A stretch of DNA of 51,029 nucleotides, the filler included, from Bipalium vagum (lineage: Eukaryota): the NCBI GenBank assembly GCA_037834085.1. It is 3 parts of 3 records of this genome, joined end to end, with 100 filler letters (N's around TTAATTAATTAA, not from the genome) between each part and the next. Parts side by side here need not be neighbours in the genome. Positions count along the whole stretch, not along the records: positions 1 to 16,641 come from JBBMKC010101104.1; 2 more parts are not named here. One strand, given 5' to 3'. This document shows positions 1-11,042 of the stretch, one piece after another (position 1 is the first letter of the stretch; each line of letters starts with the position of its first letter). Below the pieces are notes generated by a model that made no database searches, was not told the DNA's origin, and was given only the letters and a program-made list of their open reading frames with translations. The position numbers were made by a program, and so were the translations under genes.

Positions 1-1999
1 TATATAAATTACTATTAATTTGAAAAATAAATATTTTGTGATTAAAATCAGAATATCTTCAGAACTTTTGTAAAAATTATTAATAATTTTAGAGAATGTA
101 AAATGTTTTAAAATATTACTAATTTATAATTTAATGTAATGAAATTTTAATTAAAAGTAAATTCTGAAAATTTCTGTATTTTTGTCTGAAGAAATATTTT
201 AAAATTTATTTCTATATGTTTTCAATCTTATCATTGAGAAATTTCTTATTATTTAATATTCCTTAAGGTATCTGAGGTAATTGAAATTTAAACACATCAT
301 TAGATACTTTTGATAGTATATTCTGACGGCTGATTTAAAAAAGAATAAATTACACACTAATACATCACTTAATTTTTCTTTGATTGAGTTTTCTAAGCTC
401 TTAGAATATAATTTATGAAAATCATTAAAAAATTGTTGCTATAAAAATAAATAATAATGGTAATAATAATAGCAACAATAATAAATAATATATAATAATA
501 AAGATGTTAATATCAATCGGTTTATACTTAGAATTAGAAGACTTTTTTGAATAGATTTATTAAGTGATCAAAAAAATAATATTTAAACAAATTTTCTTAG
601 ACCTGGAAAACCTTTTTTTATTAAATTATTTTTTATTCAGCTTATTTTAAAAATTCCTCAGGTCTGACTGGCCTCCTCATAAACGAAGTATTTTCGTTAT
701 AATAATTTTGACATAATTAAATTTTATAAATTGAAAACATTTTATAAAAAAATTTATTTTACTTGAAAATAAAATTAATAAAAATCGGAATTAAGCATTA
801 ATTAACATTAACTACATCATACTGCGAAGAATTTTAACTAAATTTAGATATTTTATTTTTTAATCGTTTTTTTGAGAATCAAAATTAGTTTAATGAAATC
901 ATTTGAAATTTCAATTATGATTTACAGATATTCTTCAAAAGACATGCTTCTTTTATAATTTTTGCACTTGATTTGACAATTAAATGAATTATGACTGTCA
1001 AAGAAATAAAACAACTCAACACTAACTAAACTTTAAAAACATTTATAATCATATTTTAATTTTATAATTTCAAAAAAAATCTTCCTGAATAACAATGGGA
1101 GAAGAAAATTATAATTTTCTTGTTGAATTTTGTTAGTCAAACCAGATTTTCAGTCATAATTAATTTTTGATATTTAAATCTTTTCCAAGTCTTCATCAAA
1201 TATTGTTGGGGTAGCAGTATTCGGTTATTCAATTAAAAATATATTAAAGCCGAAAAATAGATTTCATTTCTGGCACAAAACTGTTAAATTTCATTATGCA
1301 AATATTTTGGGTTGTCAAAGATAATTTTCTTAAATAATCTCAAATCATTAATACAATTTTGGATTGTCATATATATAAATTTCTTTGCCAAAAATACTCA
1401 TTAATGCATGAAAAGTGAAAATGCAAAGTTCCAACTTGATGAATTAAAAATAAAAAGGGACGAAGAAATTCGTTGGAAATTGATTCTGATTCAGAATTGA
1501 ATTGAAGAAATGAATAGGTTGCTTTTTAATTACTTTAGCTATTATTTATAATTAAGATGTATAGTGAAATAAATAATGACACGGAGCAATTTAAATACAG
1601 AGTCTAATTAAAGTTATTTTCACTCTTTATTAAAATTATTTTTTATTGGAAAGTTTCCAATTTTCTTGAAACCTTTATTTTAATTTCAATTTTATTTAAT
1701 TTAGAGAACAGCTAATTTAATTTAAAATAATTTTTAAACGGAGAAATCTTAAATATTTTTTGATACGTGAATACTTAAATAATCTTTTTTCATGAATATT
1801 TTTATAAAATAAAAGTTTTAACTTTTAAAGCTAAAAAATATATTTTTTCTCTAAAATACAAATAATTGAATTATCTTAAACTATGGACAATGTTTTTTAA
1901 TATTTAAAAAAACAAAACTTTTAAAAATTTCGGGAAAATGAAAAAATTTAGCGGAATAATTTTTATTTCAGAAGTACTGTCAAAGAAATCTGTCCTTTT

Positions 2000-2510
2000 G
2001 GTAATCTCTGAATTAGTTCATTATATCGGATTATGTCTGAAAATGTGTTTCTGTAAGGTGGGTTTTTCAAAGACTAACAGAGGATCACAAGACGCGAAGA
2101 GTAAAATTTGCTTAGAAATCTGAATATTCATATTGTGGTGATTGACAAAAACTAGATGTCCAATGCTCCTTTTCCTACTCAGCACGATAATTCATACTTG
2201 GTTGCGTAGATGATGACCAGACAACAGTTGCCAAAGAACTATATCAGAGATGAAATCTCAACTAATTGTTTCCTTCAATTGTTGAAGTGATTTCCGTTTC
2301 AAGTTTTAGATCACAAACAATCTACTAGTGCTGAATGTCATATGGATTTCTTTCAAAAAAATATTGGATATCAAGAGAGTTGAACATTTAGACTTCTAGT
2401 ATGATATTGTTCGTCTCCATATGATTGTCACGATTCAAGTCTTTAGTAAAAAGCATGGAAATGAAAATCTAAGGCAAACAACTTTACTCTCCAGATATGA
2501 GAGTAAAAAT
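2000..2510 (+). mobile_element. Highly degenerate mariner transposase remnant (C-terminal half)
   Basis: YDIVRLH at 2400-2420 is a degenerate HDNARPH. YSPDM at 2485-2499 matches the YSPDLAP motif. The two are frameshifted relative to each other. Confidence 0.55.
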
Positions 2511-2539
2511 TAATCAGGTAAATGTTCAGAAATATGGCG

Positions 2540-2750
2540 TTTGACAGGAGAAAAATACAACAAGAATTTTCTTCCAAAGAATGCATAATTGCTTTCAACT
2601 AAAGGTCAAATAAAGAGCTTCTTCCAGAATCTGACTCATCATTAGATCTGTATTGGCCGAATTGAATCTTTAAAACCATTTGATAGCTGTAACGAATTTG
2701 TCTTCTTCAACTTCATCTGGCACTAAATTCATTTTTCAAATAATGGAGTA
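2540..2750 (-). mobile_element. Degenerate mariner N-terminal HTH remnant
   Basis: Minus strand reads IKWF*RFNSANTDL/NDESDSGR, matching the mariner WF.RF.SG..DL.DE.RSGRP motif. Confidence 0.55.
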
Positions 2751-3524
2751 AAATGATACGAACAGGATTAATTTAATCAATTTTTATATTATTCTGTGAT
2801 TATTATTCTGTGTGTGGACTGGGCAATGTCCATAAGAAATAAAATTCCCTTGATACATAGAATAATATATATGCTATCTTAAAAATTTTTGTAGCCCGGT
2901 TTTGCAGTTTTACAAATGGTATTAAAAGAATTAATTTATAAAATAGACCTGGTTAATCAATGATCATCAAAATATTCCTCGATATTTTTCAAGGACATAT
3001 AGAAATCCTTGAAAATATCTACAGATTCGTTAGTCTTCATTTGACCATAAAGCTTTCTTAACTTCTATCTATTTCGCTTTTTAAATATAAAAAAATTAAA
3101 ATAAAAATTAATTAAAAAATAAAATAGTCACAAAGTCTAATGACATAAGCTTCTCTGAAAATTGCACAGTGTTTTGATGCAACAACTCACCATTTAGAAG
3201 CGCAATTTTCATTTTCATATCACCTATGCACGTATTTAATCTATTCAATAGATTCAATTGTCTAATTTTTGATAATTAAGTTTGAAAATTGTTTTGTAAT
3301 GTGGGTGTTGTTCTGAAGTTTTGATAATTTAAGCCTTCTTTTATTAAATTATTAACTGAAGTTTGAAAGCAGTCTTGAACTTTGTTGGCAATATTTGTGC
3401 TATTATCTCATTAACACAACTCGTTTATCTTATAATTAATTTTCTTTACTTTTTGATCATATTTTAATTGAGAATATTTCTTTTAGATTTACCTATAGCT
3501 ATTTTCCTGCCATATCTGAACGTA

Positions 3525-4808
3525 TAGGGTGGTGCATTTAAAACGTTCGAAAGTAAAACATCAAAACTATGGAAAAAACCATAAATAATTTATTTTTATT
3601 TGTTAAACATATCATTAAAATATGGAGATTTATCTATTTGTATATAATATTGATAAGATGGCCTCCATTGAGATTTATGCATGTTCTGTATCTCGCCCAA
3701 GAGCTATTCATTACCGCTGTGAGAATTTCTTTTGAAATCTTGCGGATTGCATCTCTGATAGCATCTTTTAAGTAGGCGATGTTTTGCGGGTTGGTTTGAC
3801 AGACCTTGTCCTTGCAAGAGCCCCACAAAAATAAAGCTGGAGCTGTCAAATCTGGCGATCTGGGTGGCATTTGAAATTGGCATTCCGTGAGAGGATGCGA
3901 TCAGAGAAAATTATCCTCAAGTATTCCATGACGATCTTTTTGATGTGCGATGTTGTTCCATCTTGTTGAAACCATGCTGAACGAATATATGTACGAATTC
4001 TGGCACAAAATCTGGTGTAACACCTCCAAATAACTCTCCCCAGTAACATTTGCACTTTTACCTTGCATTTCGAAGAAATAAGGACCAATGAAACACTAGA
4101 CGATACTGTACACCACACAGTTACTCGACCTGGATGTAATTTCTTTTCGTGGATAATGTTTGTGTTTTTATCTGCCCAATAACGAAAATTTTGCGTATTC
4201 ACATTTCCGTTAAGGTCAAAATGTGCCTCATTAGATATGAACAAACGGTTTAACAAGGTTCCATCCTCTTTCACCATACTGATAATTTTTCGCGGAACTG
4301 GAGACGCAAACGGTAGTCAGTTTGCTCTAATTTACTCATTATTTGCATTTTGTATGGAAAAAAATGCATATCATCATTTAAAATTTGTTGAACACTTCGT
4401 CTTCTGATATTGAGTTGACAAGACAGTCTGTGTGTTGATAATCTCGGATTTGTTTCAATTGCCGCGGCTACTGTAGAGATGTTGGCAGCAGTTCGTATGG
4501 GACAATTTCTATTTCTTGGCATAACATAAACATTACCCTCACGTTCGAAATGATCAATTACAAGCCTCATGGTTGTTGTACTCGGTGTCTTCCATTTATA
4601 TTCCCATCTGAATGCTCGCCGGACCAAAATTAGAGAATGGAATTCATAAAACAATTAATTATTTTAACTTTGATTGCTGGATCGATAATTATATTGATTT
4701 AAATTTCCACACTGTACTTATAACAAAATAAAACATTAAAATAAATATGCCTGCATTGAAATGAATTTATCAATCATTACTTTCAAACGTTTTAAATGCG
4801 CCACCCTA
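3525..4808 (-). mobile_element. Full-length but frameshifted rosa/DD41D-type Tc1/mariner transposon
   Basis: 32-bp TIRs TAGGGTGGYGCATTTAAAACGTTYGAAAGTAA, with TA at 3523-3524 and TG at 4809-4810. ORFs 4271-4654, 3846-4277 and 3634-3870 carry the HTH, SNEAHFDLNG.VN.QN.RYW, WFQQDG and PPRSPDL motifs. There are 41 residues between the 2nd and 3rd catalytic positions. Confidence 0.92.
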
Positions 4809-5479
4809 TGTAATTTAAGTCAAATAATACATGTAAAAAAGTGGATATAACATTTAAATATATAAGAGGCAATTAAAATAAATCAATTATTAGAATATTT
4901 ATTTATTTTCTAACAATATGGCAATCTTTAGAATTTAGCATATTACACAAAAATGTTATACACAACGATACAATATAATTTTTTAGTAATGGAAAATTAT
5001 AGAACTTCACTGTAATTATATTATTATATAATTAGTATTTTTACAATTTTCTAACAAATTGAAAATTATTTTTTAATTTGCTAATTTTATTTTGATCAAT
5101 AATGTCTTTGATTTTAAATATAAATAAAGAATGCAAATTGTTAATAAAAGAAAAAATCAATTTGATAATTTTCTCAAATAATATGAAGATAAGTTTTTAA
5201 TTTTAAATTTATTCAATTTGATCAGAATTCTCAAATTAGAAAATATAATAAAATTTTTTTGACAATGTCTGCAAATCATTGGTTATTGAACTTGAAATAT
5301 TTATTAAAAATAAATTGTCTTTACTATCCCGCTAATATTTATATTTCAGATATTTTAGAGGATGTTAGAAATGCATTTTTGTTATTTTCAACGTTTTAAC
5401 AAACTTCGTATTTTATAAAATCCATCTCACTTCCGTTTGTTTATTGATGATATTAATTATCTAAAAAACATTTTATAAT

Positions 5480-6360
5480 TTTGTATATGACTTCGGGATA
5501 CCATAAAATATCAGCAGGGGTAGAAAAGATTCTACCAGGAAAACATAAACATAACTAAAATGTTTAAGAAAGATTATGAAATAATCGAAGTACAAAAATA
5601 AAATATACACCGAAATTTCATAACCGATGTAAAATAGGTTGATGGTGATGGATTTAAAAATAAATCTCATCTAACAAAGAGATGAGTGTGGCAAACTCAT
5701 CAGTTAGCGTATCAAATAATCTTATGTCCTCCGACAGAAAGGAAAAGCCAATTGGTTAACTTAAGGCACATGTTTTACTTAATGACGAAGCATTATAATT
5801 CTGGAATCATAAAATTCTTCTCAGATGAGAGAAGTCCTATCGTTCAAGACAGGAAAGTTAACAGGCAAAATACCGTTGCTATAATATTTCTGATGTCCAG
5901 ATGGTCATATATTAAAAGTTTCCGGCATCTTGTTTTGTTACTGGCTATCATATCTAGTAAGGATAAAGTCACCCGCGTCAATTTTACAAGAAAGGCATTG
6001 CAGGGAATCAAGAGAAATATATGAAAGATGGTTATGAAGCCTTGAATTGACAAAATAAGAGTGAAGAGAAAGTATGTAAGAGAAAGACAGGTCTGGCTCA
6101 TTAAGAAATATGTTTATGAAAATTTAACTTACCATTGGTCAATCGATTTCTGATTTCCTCTCAGTACAATTCCTTCGATAACTATCTATAAAGCATAGTT
6201 GAAGCTTAGGACACAGCAAAATCTCAGAGTACTACCAAGATTTTACAAGAACGCTCTCAAGAAGATAATGGAATATTTGAATCGAGCGGAGATAAAATGA
6301 GCATGTAGCAGTCTTAGTACAGAAGCGTTTGTATCATGTAAATTAGATAACATCGATAAA
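5480..6360 (+). mobile_element. Degenerate maT (DD37D-type) transposon remnant
   Basis: Motifs FFSDERS..QDRKVNRQN, KFPAS, VMKP*IDKI and terminal ACSSL. Same family as 12181-13170 and 23590-24010. Confidence 0.75.
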
Positions 6361-6889
6361 TCTGTGTAGCTTCATATTATATATTAATTTTTTATTTAGA
6401 TGCACTGAATACATCGTTTTATTTATATTGTTTTTTAAAATTCCAGACTCCTGAATATTAAAAATGTAAAAACTGTTGTAAAAATAGTTTTCAAAATAAA
6501 AAGGTGAAAAAACATGAAATTTTTTTGCTGAAAATATTTATCTATTTTTTCTTTTATTGAATTTTCAAAATTTTGAATATCTAAAATCATTGAAATTTTT
6601 TTAAAATCTGAAGTTAAAATATAAATGATTATATAAAAATGGAAAACTTTAATAAAGTTTGAAATTGAAAAATATTTATCAAATTAAAACGTTTGAGATT
6701 TTAAATTACAATTTTTACAAACAGATTTTCATGAAAAGAAAATATTTTATTTACATAATCATTTTTTCAAAATTCACGCTCATTTTAATTCATAATTTAA
6801 AAATCAATAAAAAAATAAATATCAAATTGATATAATTTTTATAAATATATATGTATTGATTTTTGAAAATTCCTAAGAATTTTTTTCTT

Positions 6890-7500
6890 GACTTATTATT
6901 CGCATTCAATGAAAATAAAATCCAATGAATATTAAGGGTATACTTAAATGACAGGAATGATTTAAAGTCAGATGGAGTATTGAGGATGTGACGGAGTTCC
7001 CATTTCAATGTGTATAACTTTTTCTTAATCTTTTCATCACATTATTTGGTGTGGTCTTGGTAATTCCTATCGATTGATATTGACCGCTTAACTCTGATAA
7101 CGGCTGTCAAACGACTTAACTGTTTGCATTAAGTATCTTCTTTATTGATCTTGTGCTTAAATTTCCAAACGATTTAGTCATCTGTAGTCTCACAAAATGC
7201 ACAATGGAGTTTTCTTTGGATGTAACACCAAGTCTGGGAGTATATATTAACATGCAAATTTATCTTTTTTTTTCAGAGTATACATACAATACATATTTTT
7301 CATCTTCTATAACTGCTTCCAAAAACGAACCAATCTCAAAATGAAGAAGTAAAGAATTGGAGATCGTGAGATAATTTTTTTCTGATCCTAGAGCCCTACG
7401 ACGTACGTCAAATTCCAAGATATCATGATCCAAATACAGTGGGTTACAAAAGGAGAACAATATTTGATGGCCTTATTTAATAAGCATATCACATAAAACG
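6890..7500 (-). mobile_element. Degenerate mariner (DD34D) remnant
   Basis: NSLLLHFEIGSFLEAVIEDEKYVLY corresponds to FL.RIVTGDEKW.LY. RPH and KLYTLKWEL..HPQYS/PSDF are also present. Confidence 0.7.
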
Positions 7501-7599
7501 GTTATCATCATGTTGGAATTCAGAATAAAACAGAATTATTTTAACTAAATACGTATTTGTAAAGGCTTTACTTATCGTAGTAGCTGGTAAGAAAATACG

Positions 7600-7810
7600 A
7601 AAATGTATATTAATTTTGAAAGAAAATCTTTTTTATTTTTTTTTGCCAAATGTAAAAAATGAAAGATAAAACCATTAAATTATTTCTGTGGGAAAACGTT
7701 ATTTGAACAATTAATTGTCGATGTCTGTGAAGAAACATCAAAGCAATTCTAAAGAAAACGAATTTTATAATAAAACATTTTAATATCTTTAAGTCTTTAA
7801 AATTTATTCG
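7600..7810 (-). repeat. Duplicated segment (second copy about 14370-14560); probable terminal kinase-domain exon of the receptor family
   Basis: 7681-7770 (tatttctgtgggaaaacgttatttgaacaattaattgtcgatgtctgtgaagaaacatcaaagcaattctaaagaaaa) aligns with about 14442-14520. The minus strand shows a ttttctttag acceptor followed by NCFDV../RHRQLIVQI. Confidence 0.6.
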
Positions 7811-8004
7811 TTTTATTAGTATCAAAAGAGGAATTTGTAAACGGATGGAGTAACTTTATCTCGTTAACATTTTTTATAATCGAGATTAATTTGGTTTTCA
7901 AAATTTTCTAATATATTTTAATTTGTTTTTGTAAATATCGAAAATAATTATATATGTCCTATTTTGTTTTCGTTATTTTAATCTCTTTTTAAATTTAGAC
8001 ATTA

Positions 8005-8340
8005 CAGATGTACGGGTTTAGAATGAAAATTTTTTGACAGTGAAGAAATGTTTATTTTAATTAAATAAAAAAATTTTGTTATTCAAAGTTATTTCCATCG
8101 TAACTTTGGATTATTTAAGTGATAGTTTGTGAATATCGTAAAAAACCTGTTTCATTACGATCCACTCATCAATCTAATTTTTGAAGTTGTCGAAGCGTTT
8201 TTGAGAGAAACAATGTGTTATGAGTCTGAACAAATAATAATCAGTTGGAGCAATGTCTGGCGAATATAGCCAGTGTGTTAAGACATTCAGGTACATCTAA
8301 CGTTTCCTTTACCGGTTTTGAAGCAGGATACAAAGTGCTA
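8005..8340 (-). mobile_element. Mariner 3' fragment
   Basis: LNVLTHWLYSPDIAPTDYYLFRL on the minus strand. Confidence 0.8.
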
Positions 8341-8389
8341 TTATACAGATTTTCCCTACTTCTTTTTACTAATTCTGATCGTTAACAAA

Positions 8390-9142
8390 TTCTGAAATAC
8401 GGACCGATAAATTTATTTTTATGACAATGCAGACCAAACATTTACCTCTTGGGATTTTCTAGCAGTTTCAAAAGTAACGTGTGGATTACCTTCTGACCAA
8501 TACCTAACGTTATGTTTATTTACAAATCCTTTTAGGTAAAACGTTGCTTTATCTTAAAAGAAAATATTTTCCTGAATATTCACATTTTCTAATATTGGGA
8601 CCAGAGTTTTGCACATCTCAATTCTGTCTTGCAAATCCTATTGATGTAATTCCTGCGTGAAATGGACCTTAAAGGGTTTCAATGATAACTGTTCTCTCAT
8701 AATTCGATGAGATGTTGTTCGCGAAATGGAGAGGATGGTTGCAACAAATCGGATACTGCATTGTGGGTCACTTTCAATAACTTCACTCATTTTCTGAACC
8801 TCATTTTCAGTGATCAGCCTTGGTCTTCCAGAACGTTCAAGATCTTCCAAAAATACCAATCTCACAAAAACAATGAAAAGTCTCTCTTATAGCACTTTCA
8901 CTTGGTGAGGTTTTCCCAAATCAGGCATTAAAAGTACATTTTACATTACAAGTACAATTTTGATTCTTAATTTCAAATAAAGTGGCATTTGCTAATCTAA
9001 TTTTAAAATATTAAAACTTAGACTTACATACTTTATATTTCAATCAAATTGAATAATCAATTGAAATAATCAATTTTCAATCGATTGAATTTAATGAAAG
9101 ATATTTAAGTTTACTTTCCACGGGGACTTATGGGACACCCTA
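8390..9142 (-). mobile_element. 3'-truncated rosa/DD41D-like transposon (5' half)
   Basis: ORF 8638-8865 has EDLERSGRP, an HTH and LKPFKVH. Downstream are FYLKGFVNKHNVRYWSEGNPH and VNVWSALS..IGPYF. A TIR-like end TAGGGTGTCCCATAAG lies at 9142 (minus). Confidence 0.8.
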
Positions 9143-9343
9143 TAGTTTATTATTAAAAAAATATTGATAAACTATATTAAATTGAATATATCATTCATCA
9201 CACATTGATATATCTATTATTAAATAATTTTGAAAAAATATTTCTGCCTATAATAATGAAATTTAGAAAAATCAATCTAATTTCAGAGTTAAGTCCTTTA
9301 AGATTTTTAAAATATTTTGTGTTAGCATGCTCAGCTCTAATCC

Positions 9344-9350
9344 TATAAAA
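9344..9350 (+). promoter_or_regulatory. Candidate TATA box of the 9398 ORF
   Basis: cc-TATAAAA-gg with GC flanks, starting 54 nt upstream of the ATG. Confidence 0.5.
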
Positions 9351-9397
9351 GGACTTGTTTTTCTCAATATATTTATAATTCGAAAAATTTGTAGAAT

Positions 9398-10150
9398 ATG
9401 AAAATAATTATTTTAACAATAATTACGTTGCTTATCTTGTGCGAAATATGGGAAGCAAAGTTCATCTTTAAAGGTAAGAAAAAAGAAAAAGATTCAGAAA
9501 ATGAAGAAGTAAAAAAAGAATGTAAAATTAAAAAACTGGGGAAAAATGTAATAAACAAGGTTAAAGAATGTGTTAAAAATTTGAAAAAGAAAAATGCCAA
9601 TAAAGAACAAAATGAAAATGAAGTAAATGAAATAACCAAGCATAAAGAAGAAACGAAATCTGTAACTCAAGGAAACACATTTATAAAACCAACTCAAATA
9701 ATAATCAAAACCCAAAATGAAACTAAAATTCCAGATAAAGTAACAAAAGCTATGAAGATTAATAACAACGAGCAAAGTCAAATTCCAAATGAAAATAAAG
9801 TGACTGAATCTGTAACAGTTAATGTCAATGACGAAAATTCAACTCCACAAGAAAATCAAATGATACAATCTGTGACTGTTAAAGTAAAGGAAGAAAATCG
9901 AGCTAAAAATGAATATAAAGTGACTGAATCTATAACAGTTAAAATCAATGACGAAAGTCAGTCTCCAAACGAAAATCAAAGGATGGAATCTATGACAACA
10001 ACAAAAAATAACAGAAATGAAGATGAAGATGAAGACCCAATGACTGAGTCCGTAACCGATAACACTAACAACGAAAATAAAAATGACAATGAAAAAAATG
10101 TGCAAGAAGATATAATTAAAGCCACCATTGAAAACGATATGGACAAATAA
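9398..10150 (+). CDS. Intronless orphan secreted protein (250 aa) with Lys-rich N-terminal region and 6-7 tandem 20-aa N/E/T/V-rich repeats
   Basis: The longest intact ORF in the window. Signal-peptide-like N-terminus MKIIILTIITLLILCEIWEA. Repeats such as NENKVTESVTVNVNDENSTP. Upstream TATA and downstream AATAAA at 10152 and 10176. Confidence 0.8.
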   Translation: MKIIILTIITLLILCEIWEAKFIFKGKKKEKDSENEEVKKECKIKKLGKNVINKVKECVKNLKKKNANKEQNENEVNEITKHKEETKSVTQGNTFIKPTQIIIKTQNETKIPDKVTKAMKINNNEQSQIPNENKVTESVTVNVNDENSTPQENQMIQSVTVKVKEENRAKNEYKVTESITVKINDESQSPNENQRMESMTTTKNNRNEDEDEDPMTESVTDNTNNENKNDNEKNVQEDIIKATIENDMDK

Positions 10151-10374
10151 TAATAAATATATAAATTGAGAAAGTAATAAAAGCATAAACCAATTGTCTG
10201 ATCAGATATCGTACTTCATTAATGAAATATTTGTTCAAATTCTAAAAAATAAAATAAACTTTGAAGAACTTAAAAATATTATTTACATTTATTATTATTT
10301 AATATTAATAAGAAATAAACGTTTTAATAAAAGCATTTAATTATTCAATCCTAAGGAAGTTCAGAAAGAGTTCA

Positions 10375-10690
10375 GATAATTTTAAAGATTGACCAATTGA
10401 TTTGTTCTGTAGAATAGAGAGTCGCAATCAACTGAAATACTCAGGAATAATTGATGACATACTGATAATGCTAAAGATATGATAAATAATAATAAATGGT
10501 TAATAATAATAATATCATTCATCAATGTAAAGGGTATATTTTTATCTGTTAAACTCAAAAATATCAGACCTTTCAAAATTATTTTCTTTTATAAATGACA
10601 GAATTATCTAAAAACGCAAACATACCGGGTATAATCATATAAGATAAGACGTATAAAATAAGATTAATTAAATATTACTGCAATAAAATT
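10375..10690 (+). pseudogene. Insulin-receptor-like FnIII-1 fragment (paralog b)
   Basis: Reads ILKIDQLICSVE*RVAIN*N..IIDDILIMLK...QCK...TELSKNA/TYRV. Nucleotide similarity to 13340-13530 on the opposite strand is clear. Confidence 0.6.
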
Positions 10691-11001
10691 ACTAGAAACT
10701 CATTATTTTTTACATTATTACTGATCGAGTGATAGGATTATTCTGAGAGTGTATAAGAAGTGACTAAATCCACTTTTGAGAGTTTTCTAACGAACAGAGC
10801 CACTAATATCAATGGTAGTAGTAGCAGTTGAAACTACAGATTAAGGTTATTAATCAAATTGAAAGTTTTATGAGAGTATGTTATTGAAATAAATTAACCG
10901 AGGTTAAGCATGGGAAATTATAGAGGTTAAAGGTATTATGACATTTATAAAGTGATTCTTAAAATTATCAGGGTTCAGAATAAATAACTGATTAAAATTG
11001 A

Positions 11002-11002
<1 letters not shown>

Positions 11003-11038
<36 letters not shown>
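11003..11038. repeat. (ATT)n microsatellite
   Basis: About 12 ATT units. Confidence 0.95.
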
Positions 11039-11042
11039 TGTA

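Larger units (their letters stand above)
1090..3480 (-). pseudogene. Decayed insulin-receptor-like gene fragments (paralog a): receptor L-domain segments
   Basis: Minus-strand manual translation, with stops and frameshifts, gives three segments. About 3480-3190: KLIIR..NELC/VNEII ... YENENCASK followed by a GTGAGT donor. About 3060-2950: KLRKLYGQMKTNESVDIFKDFYMSLKNIEEYF. About 1400-1280: FGKEIYIYDNPKLY ... FDNPKYLHNEI*QF. These resemble insulin receptor L2 motifs (L..IEEI.GY; Y.LDN.NL ... F..NPKLC.SEI). Confidence 0.55.

Noticed and set aside
9728-10147. Regular 60-bp repeats as a CRISPR-like array
   Set aside because: They are contiguous in-frame coding repeats with no repeat-spacer structure, in a eukaryotic context without cas genes.
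9373-10186. Hydrophobic minus-strand ORFs 9373-9639, 9494-9781 and 9839-10186
   Set aside because: They are antisense shadows of the A-rich 9398-10150 ORF.
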